This document shows, one piece after another, positions 1 through 14,584 of a stretch of 64,000 nt of DNA. How positions within the stretch are numbered: the first letter of the stretch is position 1; each line of letters begins with the position of its first letter. The DNA is taken from positions 35,898,001 through 35,962,000 of the forward strand of contig OZ024747.1 of assembly GCA_964016885.1 (NCBI GenBank), in the 5' to 3' direction. A model generated the notes under the pieces. It saw only the letters and a program-made list of their open reading frames with translations. It did not search any database and was not told the DNA's origin. The stretch is from Eledone cirrhosa (Eukaryota). The position numbers and the translations under genes are program-made.

Positions 1-264
1 TATATGTGTGTATGTGTATATGTGTACATGTGTGCGCATATATATGTGAGTGTGTGTGTATATATATGTATGTCTATATATATATATATATATTATTGAT
101 TATTATAATATATATATATATATATATATATGAAAATATGTATATATGTGTGTTTATATATATATATATATATATATTATATATTTGTAGTAGATGTGTG
201 TATATGTATGTATATATATGTGTATGTGTATGTATGTGTATATATATGTATGTGTGTGTGTATA

Positions 265-313
<49 letters not shown>

Positions 314-601
314 ATATGTATGTGTGTGCATATTTGTCTGACTGTGTGTATTAATTTATTTATTTTTTTATTTATCTTATTTCTTTATTTTTTTATATAT
401 ATGTATGTGTATGTGTATGTATGTATGTATGTATGTGTGTGCATATGTGTATATATGTGTATGTGTATATGTATATATATATATATATAAATACATATGT
501 ATATATATATATATATGTATGTGTGTGTTTGTGTGTGTGTATATATATATGTATGCGTGTATGTATGTGTATGTATGTGTGTTTATGTGTGTACGTGTGT
601 G

Positions 602-633
<32 letters not shown>

Positions 634-884
634 TGTATATGTATCTCTATTTATATGTGTATATATATGTATGTATATACCTTTTTCTTTGTATGTCTGA
701 GTTGGGTGAGCGTTTAGTGGTGTTTGTATGTATATACGCATATATGGATGTGTATGTATTTGTATATATGCGTATATGTAAGTGCGTATGTGTGTGTGAA
801 TATATATCTATGTCTATGTATGAGTATGTATGTGTGTGTATATATGTGTGGTTGTATGTATGTATGTGTGTATGTGTGTATGTG

Positions 885-917
<33 letters not shown>

Positions 918-934
918 GTATGTATATATATATG

Positions 935-971
<37 letters not shown>

Positions 972-1091
972 TATATATGTGTGTGTGTGTGTGTGTATAT
1001 ATATCTTTATATATGTGTATGTATATGTATGTGTAGGTGTGTGTGTGTGTATATATGTATGTGTGTATATGTGTATGTGTGTGTATGTATG

Positions 1092-1166
<75 letters not shown>

Positions 1167-1271
1167 ATGTGTATGTGTGTGTATGTGTGTATATATATAT
1201 ATTTATATATATATATATATTTATATGTGGATATGTATGTGTATGTGTGTATATATATACGTGTGTTGTGA

Positions 1272-1318
<47 letters not shown>

Positions 1319-1688
1319 CGTGTATGTGTATATGTGTGTAAAAATATATATAAATATATATATATATATGTGTGTTTATGTGTGTATGTGTCTATGTATT
1401 TATATGTGTATATGTATGTGTCTCTATATGTATGCGTGTGTGTATGTGTATGTGTATTTATATGGTATGTGTATGTATATGTATGTGTATGTATGTGTTT
1501 GTATATATGTGTATGTATATGTATGTATATGTATGTGTGTGTATGCGTGTGTATTTATTTATATGTCTATATGTATGTATATCGATGTATATTTTATATT
1601 TTACTTGTTTGTATATATATATATGTATGTGTATGTATATGTATATATATATGCGTGTGTATATATATGTGTGTATATATGTGTATAT

Positions 1689-1720
<32 letters not shown>

Positions 1721-1775
1721 GTATATGTGTGTGTGTGTGTGTGTATGTGTGTGTGTATATATATATATATATATT
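1..1775. repeat. Compound (TA)n/(TG)n/(TATG)n microsatellite field
   Basis: Read directly from sequence; the Y/I/C/V/M-rich ORFs here are repeat translations. Confidence 0.95.
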
Positions 1776-2362
1776 TTCTTGATATATTTCTTTTTTCTTT
1801 TTATTTCTAAGTTTATAGATACATTTATAGATAGGCAGTCTGCAGACACCGTTGAATACTGACCTCTCCCCCCCTCACACCTAATTTCTGTATCCTGATC
1901 TAAATATGTGTGGCAATGTTTATGTGCGTGCATTAATGTCCATATGCTTATGATAATACTATATACACATATATATGTGTGTGGGGGTATGTGTGTGTAT
2001 GTATGTTCGTAGTTATGTGTATGTTTATGCATATACGCGCGTGTGTGTGTGAGTGTACGAATATGTGTGAGTATATGAATGTGTGTATACATTTATTTTA
2101 TATTTATGTGTCTATACGCATTTTATCTGTAGATTATAAACTTACAGAGACATTAGCCTTGAATTTTTGTATTTACATACATCTTTTTGGCATGCGTATG
2201 CATGTGAACATATATCTTTATGCAATTATGTGTACGAAGTTAATTACATGTATATACACACACCTAACTGCATAAAATTTTTTGTATTTTCATTGGTCAA
2301 TTTGAACTCTGTTCCCAAACGTACCTGAAATTTTGAATTGTTGTTATTATCAATAAATATAT

Positions 2363-2517
2363 TTCATTATTTCTGAAGACGGCATATATATGTGTTTGGT
2401 ATGTATATTTAATTTTGATAGTTTGTATAATTTTGTATAATTTTGTACATAGATCTGTTGAATATGCATGCCAATTCTAACACATATATATCCTAGAAAC
2501 GATCGTTAAATAATGAA
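2363..2517 (+). ncRNA. Type I hammerhead ribozyme with long stem II, probably in a PLE pseudo-LTR remnant (~1800-2715)
   Basis: Stem I TTCATTATTT (2363-2372) / AAATAATGAA (2508-2517); core CTGAAGA 2373-2379; GAAA 2496-2499; palindromic stem III ACGATCGT; predicted cleavage after GTT at 2507. Stem II pairs ATATATGTG/CACATATAT and TTGGTATGTATATTTAA/TTGAATATGCATGCCAA with G-U pairs. Confidence 0.8.
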
Positions 2518-2711
2518 CTTTTTTGTTTAATATAAGTGACTGTTTCATTGTTTTATTCATTATTTTTTTAATATTTTATCTTGACTCTGTATTCCGTTTA
2601 TCTTTCACCGAAAGTGATTTTTCATTGCATCTCTTCTTTCCATGATATCCGGATTACATTGAGTTCTTCATACGGATTGGACACTACCGTAAACTCTTGG
2701 TAGATTTATCT

Positions 2712-2757
<46 letters not shown>

Positions 2758-3884
2758 CACCATATTTCTGGTGTTACGTCAAATGTTTAGAAAAAATATC
2801 TGTAGTACATTGACCAAATATTGATTCAAATTAAATCATAATATATAATAACAGTGTTTTTGACTATACGTCAACTGAATTTGTAAGACTATTATGAATC
2901 CAAAGAAATGGATTATCTCAGTTACGGATCAGAATAGAACGATATGATAATACATTTACTATAAGGATAGTTAACTATCGTTTCCAAATAGAAACAATTA
3001 CGTGAAAGTTACGGCAATAAAATAACATGTAACGAATATATCATGGAAGAAACAAATTAAACGGTAAGTATTTATTAATGATTACAAAGATGATGACGAT
3101 TCTGTTGGTACCGATATTGATGACCATGTTGACGGCTGTGTCGAGGGTGATCACTATAATATTGACCATGATGATGGTGATCAGGGTGTACAGGTGGAAG
3201 ATGGCGAGAAAAGTGAGAGATGATGATAATGATGATGATCATTCTATGTGTAATCACAATTATGATGTTGATGCCACTATTTGGTGCCTTTCTTTTTGGT
3301 GAGGTTGATCATGATGATGGCCATAGTAATGACGAGATAGCACTGCTAACTTTTCGTTTATATTATATTATTTATGGATATGTTTTATGATTTTGACTTT
3401 TTTCATTTACTTTGTCCTTAAAATGTTCGTTAGAACATGGGAATTAGATTCGTTACTGCTTTTTCCTTGAATATTTCAAAGTAATCGATTCTTCTATAAT
3501 ACAATGAAATCTCTTTTATTCAATAACTACCCTGAAACAACAAACGAAACTAAATTTGAAACAATAAAGTCTTTTTAGTTTAATATGTCGAAGAATATAG
3601 CATCAGGCATTTCACTTGTTACTAGAAAATGATATTGCCGTAATCGATAGTTTTTACGAGAAATTATCGAAAAATATAATATCCTTTGTAATAAGGATCA
3701 ATTTTTCCCGCACTTTATGGCACGCTATAGCATTTTGAACAACTTTTGAACGAAATGCTCCTTAGGATCTGAGCAATATGCCTTATATGCATTATATTTT
3801 CTCGGGTGGATCTCCACAACAGTTCATTATTGAACTATTTCTGTTTTATGGAGGGACATTTCTTTATTAACATAGAGTTACAGT

Positions 3885-4045
3885 TCTTTACGTTCTGAGT
3901 TCAAATCCCACCAAGGCTAACATTGCCTTTCATCATTCCGGAGTCGATAAAATATCAAGCACTATTAATGCACTGGGGTCGATTTAATCTGGTTTACCTT
4001 CCTCCCAAATTGCTGGCCTTCTGCCTATAGTAGAAATCATTATTA
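3885..4045 (+). mobile_element. tRNA-derived SINE, 5'-truncated
   Basis: Box-B-like GTTCAAATCC at ~3899; central GCCTTTCATC...GTCGATAAAAT; tail TTGCTGGCCTT...TAGAAA..ATTATTA. Homologous copies at 24817, 36415 and 47131. Confidence 0.75.
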
Positions 4046-4130
4046 GTGTGCAATACATGAGTACTATAGTTGCAAGACCATTGTGAGTTAAGAAGGTCCT
4101 GCATTCGTCAAGTCCTAATCCGTTCTTATT

Positions 4131-4213
4131 TGAAATCATTTTGTAATCATATCGATGCATATATAACTGTGTATATATGTATGCACACACACACACACAC
4201 ACACATGCGCGCG

Positions 4214-4276
<63 letters not shown>

Positions 4277-4435
4277 CAAACCTGAATCTTTTTTAGAATA
4301 CTTATTTGTTTCCTATACCGGTTTCACAGTTCTTATCGTTTTCAAATTTATAATTGAGATAGTGGGTTTGTGGTTTTTATCGATAGATATATAATTTTAT
4401 CGTTATATCTATAATTCCGACGGAATTACTTTATT

Positions 4436-4510
<75 letters not shown>

Positions 4511-4522
4511 TATATATATATA

Positions 4523-4568
<46 letters not shown>

Positions 4569-4573
4569 ATATC

Positions 4574-4643
<70 letters not shown>

Positions 4644-4646
4644 TGG

Positions 4647-4708
<62 letters not shown>

Positions 4709-4760
4709 ATACATATATACACAGTTATATATGCATCGATATGATTACAAAATGATTTCA
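4131..4760. repeat. Inverted repeat (arms ~4131-4270 and ~4430-4760, extended by (CA)n/(TG)n and (TA)n) around a unique spacer
   Basis: TGAAATCATTTTGTAATCATATCGATGCATATATAACTGTG at 4131 is the reverse complement of the segment ending at 4760. Confidence 0.85.
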
Positions 4761-6327
4761 CTGGCCTCTCTGATTTGCCTATCTGCTGGCTCATTCCTAT
4801 GTTTAGATATTATTCTAATTTCTATGTTGTCTATGTTACCGTCATGTTGTTGTCTAGCATTTTCGTATAGTACTGACCCGTTTTTTCGTCCTTTTAGTTC
4901 CCCCCAGTGTTGGTCTATCCTTTCACCTATGCTACGAGCTGTCTCACCTATGTATGTTGTTGTCATGTTCCTGCAAGTACCCTCTGTACATCTTATGCTA
5001 TAGACTACGTTTCTAGTTTTACAGTTTATCCGGGGGTTCACCTTACATATGATACATTTCCTATTGGTACAGTGGGTTTTCTTAAAAGGGTAGGTTTTGC
5101 TGATCAGGCATTTTATGGTGGTTCCTAGAACTGGACATGAAAGGAATTTGCCCACTATACAGGAGCAAATCATGGAATAGCTTAGATAGGGCTAGACATA
5201 AGATAGGGAAGGCCACATCATGGTACGACAACCAGAGATATCAGAGTGTCATGTTTGTGGACGCCACCCCTGGAGGGAAATTAGCTAACCAGTGTAGAAA
5301 GGCCCTGAGAAAGACCCACTTAAAAATAAAGGTGGTAGAAAAGCCAGGAACCACCATAAAATGCCTGATCAGCAAAACCTACCCTTTTAAGAAAACCCAC
5401 TGTACCAATAGGAAATGTATCATATGTAAGGTGAACCCCCGGATAAACTGTAAAACTAGAAATGTAGTCTATAGCATAAGATGTACAGAGGGTACTTGCA
5501 GAAACATGACAACAACATACATAGGTGAGACAGCTCGTAGCATAGGTTAAAGGATAGACCAACACTGGGGGGAACTAAAAGGACGAAAAAACGGGTCAGT
5601 ACTATACGAACATGCTAGACAACAACATGACGGTAACATAGACAACATAGAAATTAGAATAATATCTAAACATAGGAATGACCCAGCAGATAGGCAAATC
5701 AGAGAGGCCAGTGAAATAGAAATTAGAAGACCAAAGCTAAACAGAAAGAATGAGTGGAACAACAACAACACCCAAACAAACAACACTGACCTAAGAGAAG
5801 TATAAATAAGTAAATAAATAAAATAAAATAAAATAAGATAAATAAATACATACACAAGCACAATAACAACAAGCACATAAACACACACTAGTCACCCAGC
5901 AGACACAACACTATACACACTAGTCACACAGCACACATAACACTATACACACACGCAAACGCATGCGCAAAGAAGACAAAATAAAATAAACAAACAAGCT
6001 AATAAATAAATAAATATATAGACAGACTGAATAAAAAATGGCGTAGACATACAACACAACAGGAGGAAGAAAAAATATAACACCACTGACGATGTTGCAG
6101 ATGTGCAACGAAAGATTTATGTAAATTATGTAAACTATATATATGTGTTTGTGTCTATATTGTATCTGTATTATTTTTGACCGTCGGTCAGTCAATGGCA
6201 ACATTGAGGACCGAGTAAGTTAGATCGCAGATATAAAAGACAGCGAGAAGCGAAAACCAACCAAACAGTGAGTGTGTTCTGTTATTAATTCTGGCAATAT
6301 TACGCAAATATGACCCTCCCCAAGTAT

Positions 6328-6333
<6 letters not shown>
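4755..6333 (+). mobile_element. 5'-truncated Penelope-like element: GIY-YIG endonuclease region, 3'UTR/pLTR with HHR, and a 372-bp inverted duplication at the 5' end
   Basis: ORF 5137-5550 has CxxxxCxxC...C, NVVYSIRC and YIGETARS. Past a TAA at 5548 the frame continues to IREASEIEIRRPKLNRKNEW. 4755-5126 is the reverse complement of 5346-5717. Terminus TGACCCTCCCCAAGTATAACAA abuts (TA)n. Confidence 0.9.
6083..6122 (+). ncRNA. Minimal type I hammerhead ribozyme (slightly degenerate) in PLE pLTR
   Basis: CTGACGA (6086-6092), stem II GTTGCA/TGCAAC, GAAA (6110-6113), then GATT-TA. Stem I is weak (CA/TG). Confidence 0.6.
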
Positions 6334-6361
<28 letters not shown>

Positions 6362-6369
<8 letters not shown>

Positions 6370-6519
6370 TAAAATAACAAATTAAAGTTTAAGCAAAGAA
6401 TCGCTGCTTTCACCCTTAACGGGATCTTCTGAAACTAACTGGTTAGTTTCAGAAGATCCCGTTAAGGGTGAAAGCAGCGATTCTTTGCTTAAAATTTAAT
6501 CTGTTATTTTAATAAATAT
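6362..6519. repeat. Near-perfect palindrome (78-bp arms, 2-nt spacer, 2 mismatches)
   Basis: ...GGGATCTTCTGAAACTAAC-TG-GTTAGTTTCAGAAGATCCC...; arms compared base by base. Confidence 0.95.
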
Positions 6520-6602
6520 TTGCTCTACGGTTTTTATATATTTGATATATATTTATCCTTATCGAGCCCTCTTTGGATTTTAGTCTTCAAATTTATTATT
6601 AT

Positions 6603-6805
<203 letters not shown>

Positions 6806-9332
6806 CATGTATGTATATATATATACATACTACTGTACGTCTGTATATATATATATATATATATATCTATGTACGTATACATACTTATATTTATATATAT
6901 ATGAATAATCATTAATCTCCTTAAGTTTAACGTGAATATGTCTGCACGAAATCAATGTTATCTACGAACATAAACATGTACAAAACGAGCCAATTTCCCA
7001 AAGGGGCCTTTTGGTCAGCGTCCACAGTAATCATGGTCTGACATACATACATGTAATTATGACCAACGTTGACCTTAACGTGAACTTAAATGCATATAAA
7101 ACACACAACGCACACTTAATCTATAAACCTGCTTTCCTCGCTATTCACAAGGACCATACCCCTCTAGGTTATATAATAATATACGTATTATTTAGCCTGC
7201 TGTATATGATTCTACTGTAGATGTGGGCATTTAAGTTGTCATACGGTTGCGCATAAATGTATAAATAATAGATTGAATTGACAGTTATGTAATAGAGTCA
7301 GCTAATTTTGTCTATCAGACGTGTATGTTAATCGAGATATTATTTCCACTTCTCTCTCATAATGTTAATACACGTTGGTGTGTGTTTTCTTTGATTTCAT
7401 AACCGAACTAAAATTCCCCCCTCTTCATATTGCTTATAGGATAGAATGCAAATATCGTCAGAGTGTGTTTATATGAGGAATGATGTTTACAGTCATATAG
7501 ACAGCATTTCACACATTTTTATTTTGTCATTGACAATTCGCCATAGCCTTGAACAGGACGTTTGAAATAAGTGATCACAATCAGAAAGTACCAAAGATAT
7601 TTTACAATAGCTTTTCACATGTGTAAATCTTAAAGGAAAACTTACTCTCATGTATTGGAACTAATGAATAGCCAGGGCACAATATATTTTCTACTGACCG
7701 CAAACATGATGAACATAGTTGAAGTTTCTGTCCGTTGGTTAAAAGTTTCGATTTCTACACAGTTTGTAACTCCTATCATACAAGGGTAGACTTAAAAATC
7801 CATAGTATGTCTATGAAGGATTTATGTTAGAGCTTGGAAATCTTGCCTGAATTCATTTCAACTCTTCTTATTAATAACTGCATTGCTTTCTTTCAAAAGG
7901 AAATGTTGAAAAATAAACCTCAATTGGTCATTCAACGAGATTATCTTCGTCAGTTAATAACCATTTCAGCCTATGAATCTTTCAGTCGACCTTCGTATAT
8001 TTCAAAATTTTAAATCACGGTATCAAAGTAACCAATTAACGTACATATTGTGGTATATGAATCTTCGGCATTAAGTAAATTTTTCGATTTAGCAATGTGA
8101 AAGTAAAATGCCAAGCCGAATCGTGAGCAAACTAGGTAATTATTTAAGTACATATGTATGGCTTACTATATAACACAGAGTAATATCGTGTGCTCGTTGA
8201 TTGGATCATGGAACAAACATCTGCCAGCTCCTCAGAAAGTAGGACAACATTAAAGAACCCATTCAAAAAGGGATTGAAATACAATCAATTCTTTAAGCAT
8301 ATATTGATTATAATGAGTTACTCGTGTTGGATTTCAAAGCTTTGTTATTAAACAACATTATGAACAGCAGTAATAATACTATTCTGATAAAAGTACGTTC
8401 TATGTTCTAGCCTGCACGAAGTGTTTACCATAATTCAAAGGAAAACGTTATTACAGATCGTTTCGATTTATTATATTTCTGAGAAATAACTAAAATTTAT
8501 ACAGAACTAAAAATTAAAAGAGTTAAAATGTACAAATAAAAAAGACATTAGAGCAAAAGAAGAATACAAAGACAATACAATCTAATAATTTAAAATATTC
8601 AGCAAAATTTAGATTTTCTTTGCATCATTTCTTACTTATTATTCACTGGTCTACTGAATCTGAGAGTCACAAAATAGTACATTTTATATGAGTACATACG
8701 TGTCCTGACGTGTACGTATATGAATATATACTTGTATTGTGACACACACACAAACACACACGCACACACACATACACACACACATACACACACACACACA
8801 CATATATATGTATGTATATATGTACATATATATATGTATATATATATATATATATTCTTCCCTTCATTCTATACATCTCACACATCTTATACACACCACG
8901 CATCTCAACGTACACCCACTTACATCTCTCTCTCCACCACCGGTCCTTGTTACCCGGAGATTTACCCATTTGCATTGTCGAGGCTTCCAAACGACTTAAA
9001 GATATATATATATATATTAATATGTATTTATATATAGATTAATATGTATTTATATACAAATATACATATATATATATATACCGGTTGACGTACTTATATT
9101 TGTATGCCCGTATGTGAATATGAATAAATGTGCCTGTTTGTATTTAATTGGATAGTATTCCAGCTATAACAGAAGTCTTGACAGAGGTATGTACACAATA
9201 ACCATTTCGACAATTTAAAGATTGAAATATGGATACTTATAAATCTATTTCTATATATATGCATAGGTACGTACATGCAGATGTACAAATATCATATGAG
9301 ATTTTATAGTCATATATATATATATATACACA

Positions 9333-9367
<35 letters not shown>

Positions 9368-10098
9368 TACATAAAAAATATATATATATATATATATCTG
9401 TGTGTGTGTATTTTTGTATTAGAATATTGGACTATATTATTGTTATTATTGTTATTGTTAATATTATTATTTTTACTATTATTATATGTAAATGCGTAAC
9501 TATGTCTGTGTTAAAAGACATCTAGACATTAATATATAAGCACTTCACTAAATATGCATGACCAGCAGATGGTCAAGAGATTATAATACATTACAAGATG
9601 AAATTGATAGCCAGACATTGCTAAATTTCCTACAATTTTTACGTTGTTTTCATATTTATTTTACAGTTATCTTATATTGGCTTCTTTATAAATTTAATGA
9701 ATATTTTTCTTAAGCGCAAAAATAACCACGTATATATGTAATCGATTACATACGCATAACCACAAAACGGTTTCCAGGACACAAACACATAAATATCGAT
9801 CAGTTTTAAATGTGTGTGCGTGAATATATTTAATTTAACATATGCCTCTTTACTTGTATGGAAGCATTTTATATATGATACTAATGTATTCTTGGTTACT
9901 CGACAATTTTTCGATTATTTACATTAAAAGTGTAAACTACATATTGCTCTATTCCCTACCACATAGATTGATTCATTGCATTACGTTGGCACCGCGGTCG
10001 GGATTTTACACATCTCTATGGCCACCCTATATCTCCCCATATATAAAGTACTCGCTTGATTAGTGGTCTCCTCGTTCTCAGCACCGTAGTCTCACTCA

Positions 10099-10169
<71 letters not shown>

Positions 10170-13100
10170 GGTGGGTGTGAGTGTGTGTGTATATAATGTG
10201 ACCCGAGGAACACATATTTAAACTGTTTGTATAGAAGCCTATTAGATCGATCATACTGCGACATGATTACCAAATGAGCAAATGTACCCCCAATTTTCAA
10301 ACGTTGTTGGACCTTTAGATGTTTCAATGCAACATTTATTTTGTTTTAATCTATTCTATTTAGCTTCTTTCTCAGACAGATACACAGGTATTAAGGCACA
10401 TATACACAGCCCTAACGTTGATTTTCCTTTTCACTAAGATACGTCAGTCAATCAATATACACTTCAGTTCGTCTATAGGCTCTCGATGTATCGAACTGTC
10501 CTTTTTTTGTAGGAATCAATATTTGATGATAATATAGAAAGACCTAAAGATGTTATACGTATATTGAAAACTAAATAAATATTCAAATATACAAACAAAT
10601 ATAACCAAGAGACGATTTGCAACAAATGCACGGATACGTTGATATACACCGATACACGTTTATATTACAACTAATTTATAAGAGGGAAAAATGTAGAGGA
10701 ATGTGATTGGAAAATATGATAAAAAATATCAAAGCGAAAACACAACATATAGTTACTTCATTAGCAAATCTTTATTTGTTTGCCTAATTAACTCACCACT
10801 AATTTCTGATTCAAATTTGTAATTTTGTTTTTGTGCCCGTGGAAGGAGTGAGAGTTGGTCGGAATAGTTATATTATTGATTGGTGGTTTATAATTGATTT
10901 TGATTTCACTAATTTGTTTTCTTTCTTTTGTTTGATGTATTTCTGCATTTAGGGAAGTGATGTAATCTGAAATGATTTGAGGTGGGTGTAATGCAACGAG
11001 TTGATATTTTATTTGGTTTCATTTCGGAGAGTTAATTTCTTTTTCGATCATATGCCTTGGAATGGAGATTGGGATAATTATTTCGGTGATGATTTAAAAA
11101 AAAAACATATTAAATTTCAAGATGATACTGTTATCGACGATAGACTCTTGAAACTCGATAACGGCAACAACAATGAACATGGTGATGATTATCATGATTA
11201 TCATAATAATCAAGGTTATAATTATGACGATGAACATGCTGATGATATCGTGAAGGAATAGAAGGCTTGTGGTAATACACAATAGACAAAATTGAGAACG
11301 GGCGTAATACATATTGTAGTGAGGGTTAGTAGGAATAGGTAGCTGCAAGATTCAATTTCAGTATTTTTAATGATATTGTTGATAATGAGGATTCTTACTA
11401 AAGGGAAATATATTGACAATTATGTATATAATTACTGCATAAGCAACTGTGATGTCACTGACCACTCTTTTGCCATACACATATAACCCAACTATTAAAA
11501 CTTTTCGTCTGTGAACATAAACGTATTTATGATGAAGTAAGTATGATGATTATAGAATCTGTTTCGTTTGTGATATGATAGAGGCATTGTTAATAGCCCC
11601 ATTTTCTTTTCTTTATGCATGTATATGAGCATGTCGTGTTCTTATTACATCAGGGAATATTACAGTGCCATGTCTTCTATTCTTAGTGGGGATATTTTGT
11701 GAATGTGAGTATTAAATCTTCGACAGTATGTGACGAGCTGTTTTGTAAATGTTAATGATAATCGAATATGTACAGAATTGTCAATCACTTCATTATTGTA
11801 TAAGCAGCAACATGTGCTACAATAGAATTCCCTGAATATACTAATTTTGTTTGTGGATTTTATGTTCATAATTAGTGTTATGTAGTTTTGAAACGACTAT
11901 AACTTCCGTTCAGTTATTTTAATGAGAATTTCTTTGGTTGACTCTGCCAGCGGTGTTTTGCTGTTGGCTCATTCTGTAATCCTGGTACATTTCTATCTAT
12001 TCTTTTCTTTGTGGTCATTTTATTCTTTATTTATTAACACTATTACCCATTGTGTAATTTTATTTATTTTGGAGTATTTATTTTGGAGTATTCAACAGAT
12101 ATATATTTGCCAATTCAAGAACGTTAATCAATGGTATCAGGAGTATCACGCTGGATCATATATCAAATTCTTTTCACAGAGGTTTTATGTAACCTTTGTA
12201 TGTTACAACCAAGTTACAGAACGTCGACTTACATGACACCGTTCTTGGATTTGAAAACAGCAAGTACTACTATTTTAGGAAAGCTTATGACAAAACGTTG
12301 CTTATACACTGAGACTCTAACCGACTCCTAGCTCAAGTTAGGAATCTAGTAAACGTGTGTAGGAGAAGAAAGGGCAGCTATCTAGTTAATAATATTTTCG
12401 CCTGAGCAGTAGAACATTAAAATAAAAAAATAAAACGTTGGTTTATTGTTGTAATAACTAGAAGTTTTGTATATAGAAACAATCATCCATGATCTACTGT
12501 CCATCAGCTATGTTATAAAAAAAGCAAGATATAGCCGATTTGGCAGAGTGCAATGCGTGAATATGTCAGTGCCGTATATAAATATAAGGAAGACAACCGC
12601 AATTTAAATTGAATTAGCAAATATAATATGAAATTAATGTAGGTATATTTATCATCGTAAACACCGTTTGAATAGAAAATATCGCTTATACATGTGTTCT
12701 GGTCAATTATACTTCCGAATTCATTTTCATTGATTATATCTCATCGGATGAAAATTATGAAAATTAGACTTGTTATATCAATTATCCCATATGTTTTCTC
12801 GAGTATAAATACGGTATCGCTAAATGTATTACTGTGGAGAGAGGGTTGTTTGTTGGTCCACCGATCACCGATCGATGTGTTCAAATATATTACCAATGTT
12901 TGGAGCAGTCTTATATGTACCATTTATAACTGAAATACACACACACACATATATCACACAATTTATATATTTCTGATATTATGTCACGTGGCAGTCCACT
13001 ATTAACACAATAAATCATAAAAGGTAATCATCATCATTAACATGAGAAATATAAGTAGATCATTCCCCAAAAGTTTGTTGTCATCAACCCCATTACCATC

Positions 13101-13246
13101 AACACACAGATCAACATACTCATCGTGACATAGTTATTATTATTTTGGTATTTCTTAGGGTTAAAGAGCAATCCTTGTCTTAACATTAGTAGCAGTCTTA
13201 CTCTCTGTTGCCTACGTACCAGACTATTTATTTAACTTTCAAGTAC

Positions 13247-13362
13247 TCTTCTTCTTCTTCTTCTTCTTCTTCTTCTTCTTCTTCTTCTTCTTCTTTTTCT
13301 TCGTCTTCTTCTTCTTCTTCTTCTTCTTCTTCTTCTTCTTCTTCTTCATTATTATTATTATA
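13247..13362. repeat. (CTT)n followed by (ATT)n microsatellite
   Basis: Read directly; source of the poly-E and poly-K ORFs. Confidence 0.95.
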
Positions 13363-14541
13363 ATCACCAATAGCACCAGCAGCAGCATCCTCGTCAATAT
13401 TTTCATCAACATGATTATGAATGTTTCGCCATCCACTCACATCAAGTTCATCCCCTTGTTTTTCGATGTAATGAACACTAAATAAAAAGTGTGAAATTAA
13501 TATAATATTTTGTAAATCTTTCAACCTTCAATAATTAAATAAATAAAGCACAACATAACAGAAGATTAGAAATTCGTTTCAAAACTAAGTGACAAAATCG
13601 TTTCCAAAGCAATTCCCATCACCAAAGAAATATAAAATAAATAGCTTCTCCTTTTATTATATTGTACTTGTTTTTTCTCATTAAATTTCAAGTGTTTTTA
13701 ATAGTTTTTGTTCTCTTACATTATAATCACACACACGCAAAAAAAAAAGAAAAAAAAATCTCGGGAAAATTAAATCAAACGGAGATAAATATTTACTAGA
13801 ACAATTCTGCCAGACATATTACAAGAGATATAATATAAAATGCAAAGGATGAACTACCGGGTAAAAATAATTTAGCGCTAATTATTTGTATGTAAAATAA
13901 TATAACATAGATAATTAATTGAAAAAAGATATTGATTTTGCCTCCTGGCGTATGATATAAAGCAGATAAAAAGCCGAGTATCGAAAATGTTTAAATGCTA
14001 TATTGGTGTAATATAAATGCAATAAATGAAAACACAACAATAAATTAAAAGTGAAAAATCATGTGTAAACATTCAACATTCACGGCGAAATATCATTCAT
14101 TATAAAAAGTATACAATTTCTGTATAGCGCAATGGTGTGTGCGAATCAACTGTAGCTACAACGAGGCTAAGATTTTAAAGCAGCACATAGAAAATCTACA
14201 ATGATTGAATATTAGAAATATATTGCGTATGGGACATAATTGATTGATTATATTATTTGAATGTTTAAAATTAATAAGGATGAAATCGATCAGGAAATGA
14301 AGACCTATATGTATATATATATATATATATGTTTCTTATTGGCAACATGACCCACCCAAAGTATAACAAGATTCTGTGTTGAAACCGATATTGTTATACT
14401 TTGGGAGGGTCATGTTGCCAGTAAGAAACACACGCACCAGCTGATTTCACTTCAATTTCTTATAATACATTTATAAATTTTGGAATTTAGAAATTTCCGC
14501 TTGGTTGGTTGGTTCCACAACCAGATGGTTGTTTATATATT

Positions 14542-14584
14542 GTCAAAGTTCTTTCGTCACACATTCTGTGACCTCTTCAGTGAC
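14542..14584 (-). ncRNA. Minimal type I hammerhead ribozyme
   Basis: Minus strand reads GTCA-CTGAAGA-G-GTCACA-gaatg-TGTGAC-GAAA-GAAC-TT-TGAC; stem I GTCA/TGAC. Confidence 0.75.

Noticed and set aside
1-2275. Many 60-290 aa ORFs rich in Y/I/C/V/M or H/T
   Set aside because: Translations of dinucleotide microsatellites; the same applies to similar ORFs throughout the window.
3075-3302. ORF pair with His/Asp- or Met-rich content
   Set aside because: Degenerate (GAT)n repeat; no domain or splice support.
11001-11261. 86-aa D/N/H-rich ORF
   Set aside because: TTG start and degenerate (GAT/AAT)n composition; no recognisable motif.
12770-12930. Cys-spaced frame TCYINYPICFLEYKYGIAKC...CVQIYYQCLEQ
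   Set aside because: Looks peptide-like but is preceded by an in-frame stop, with no convincing acceptor or homology I can recognise.
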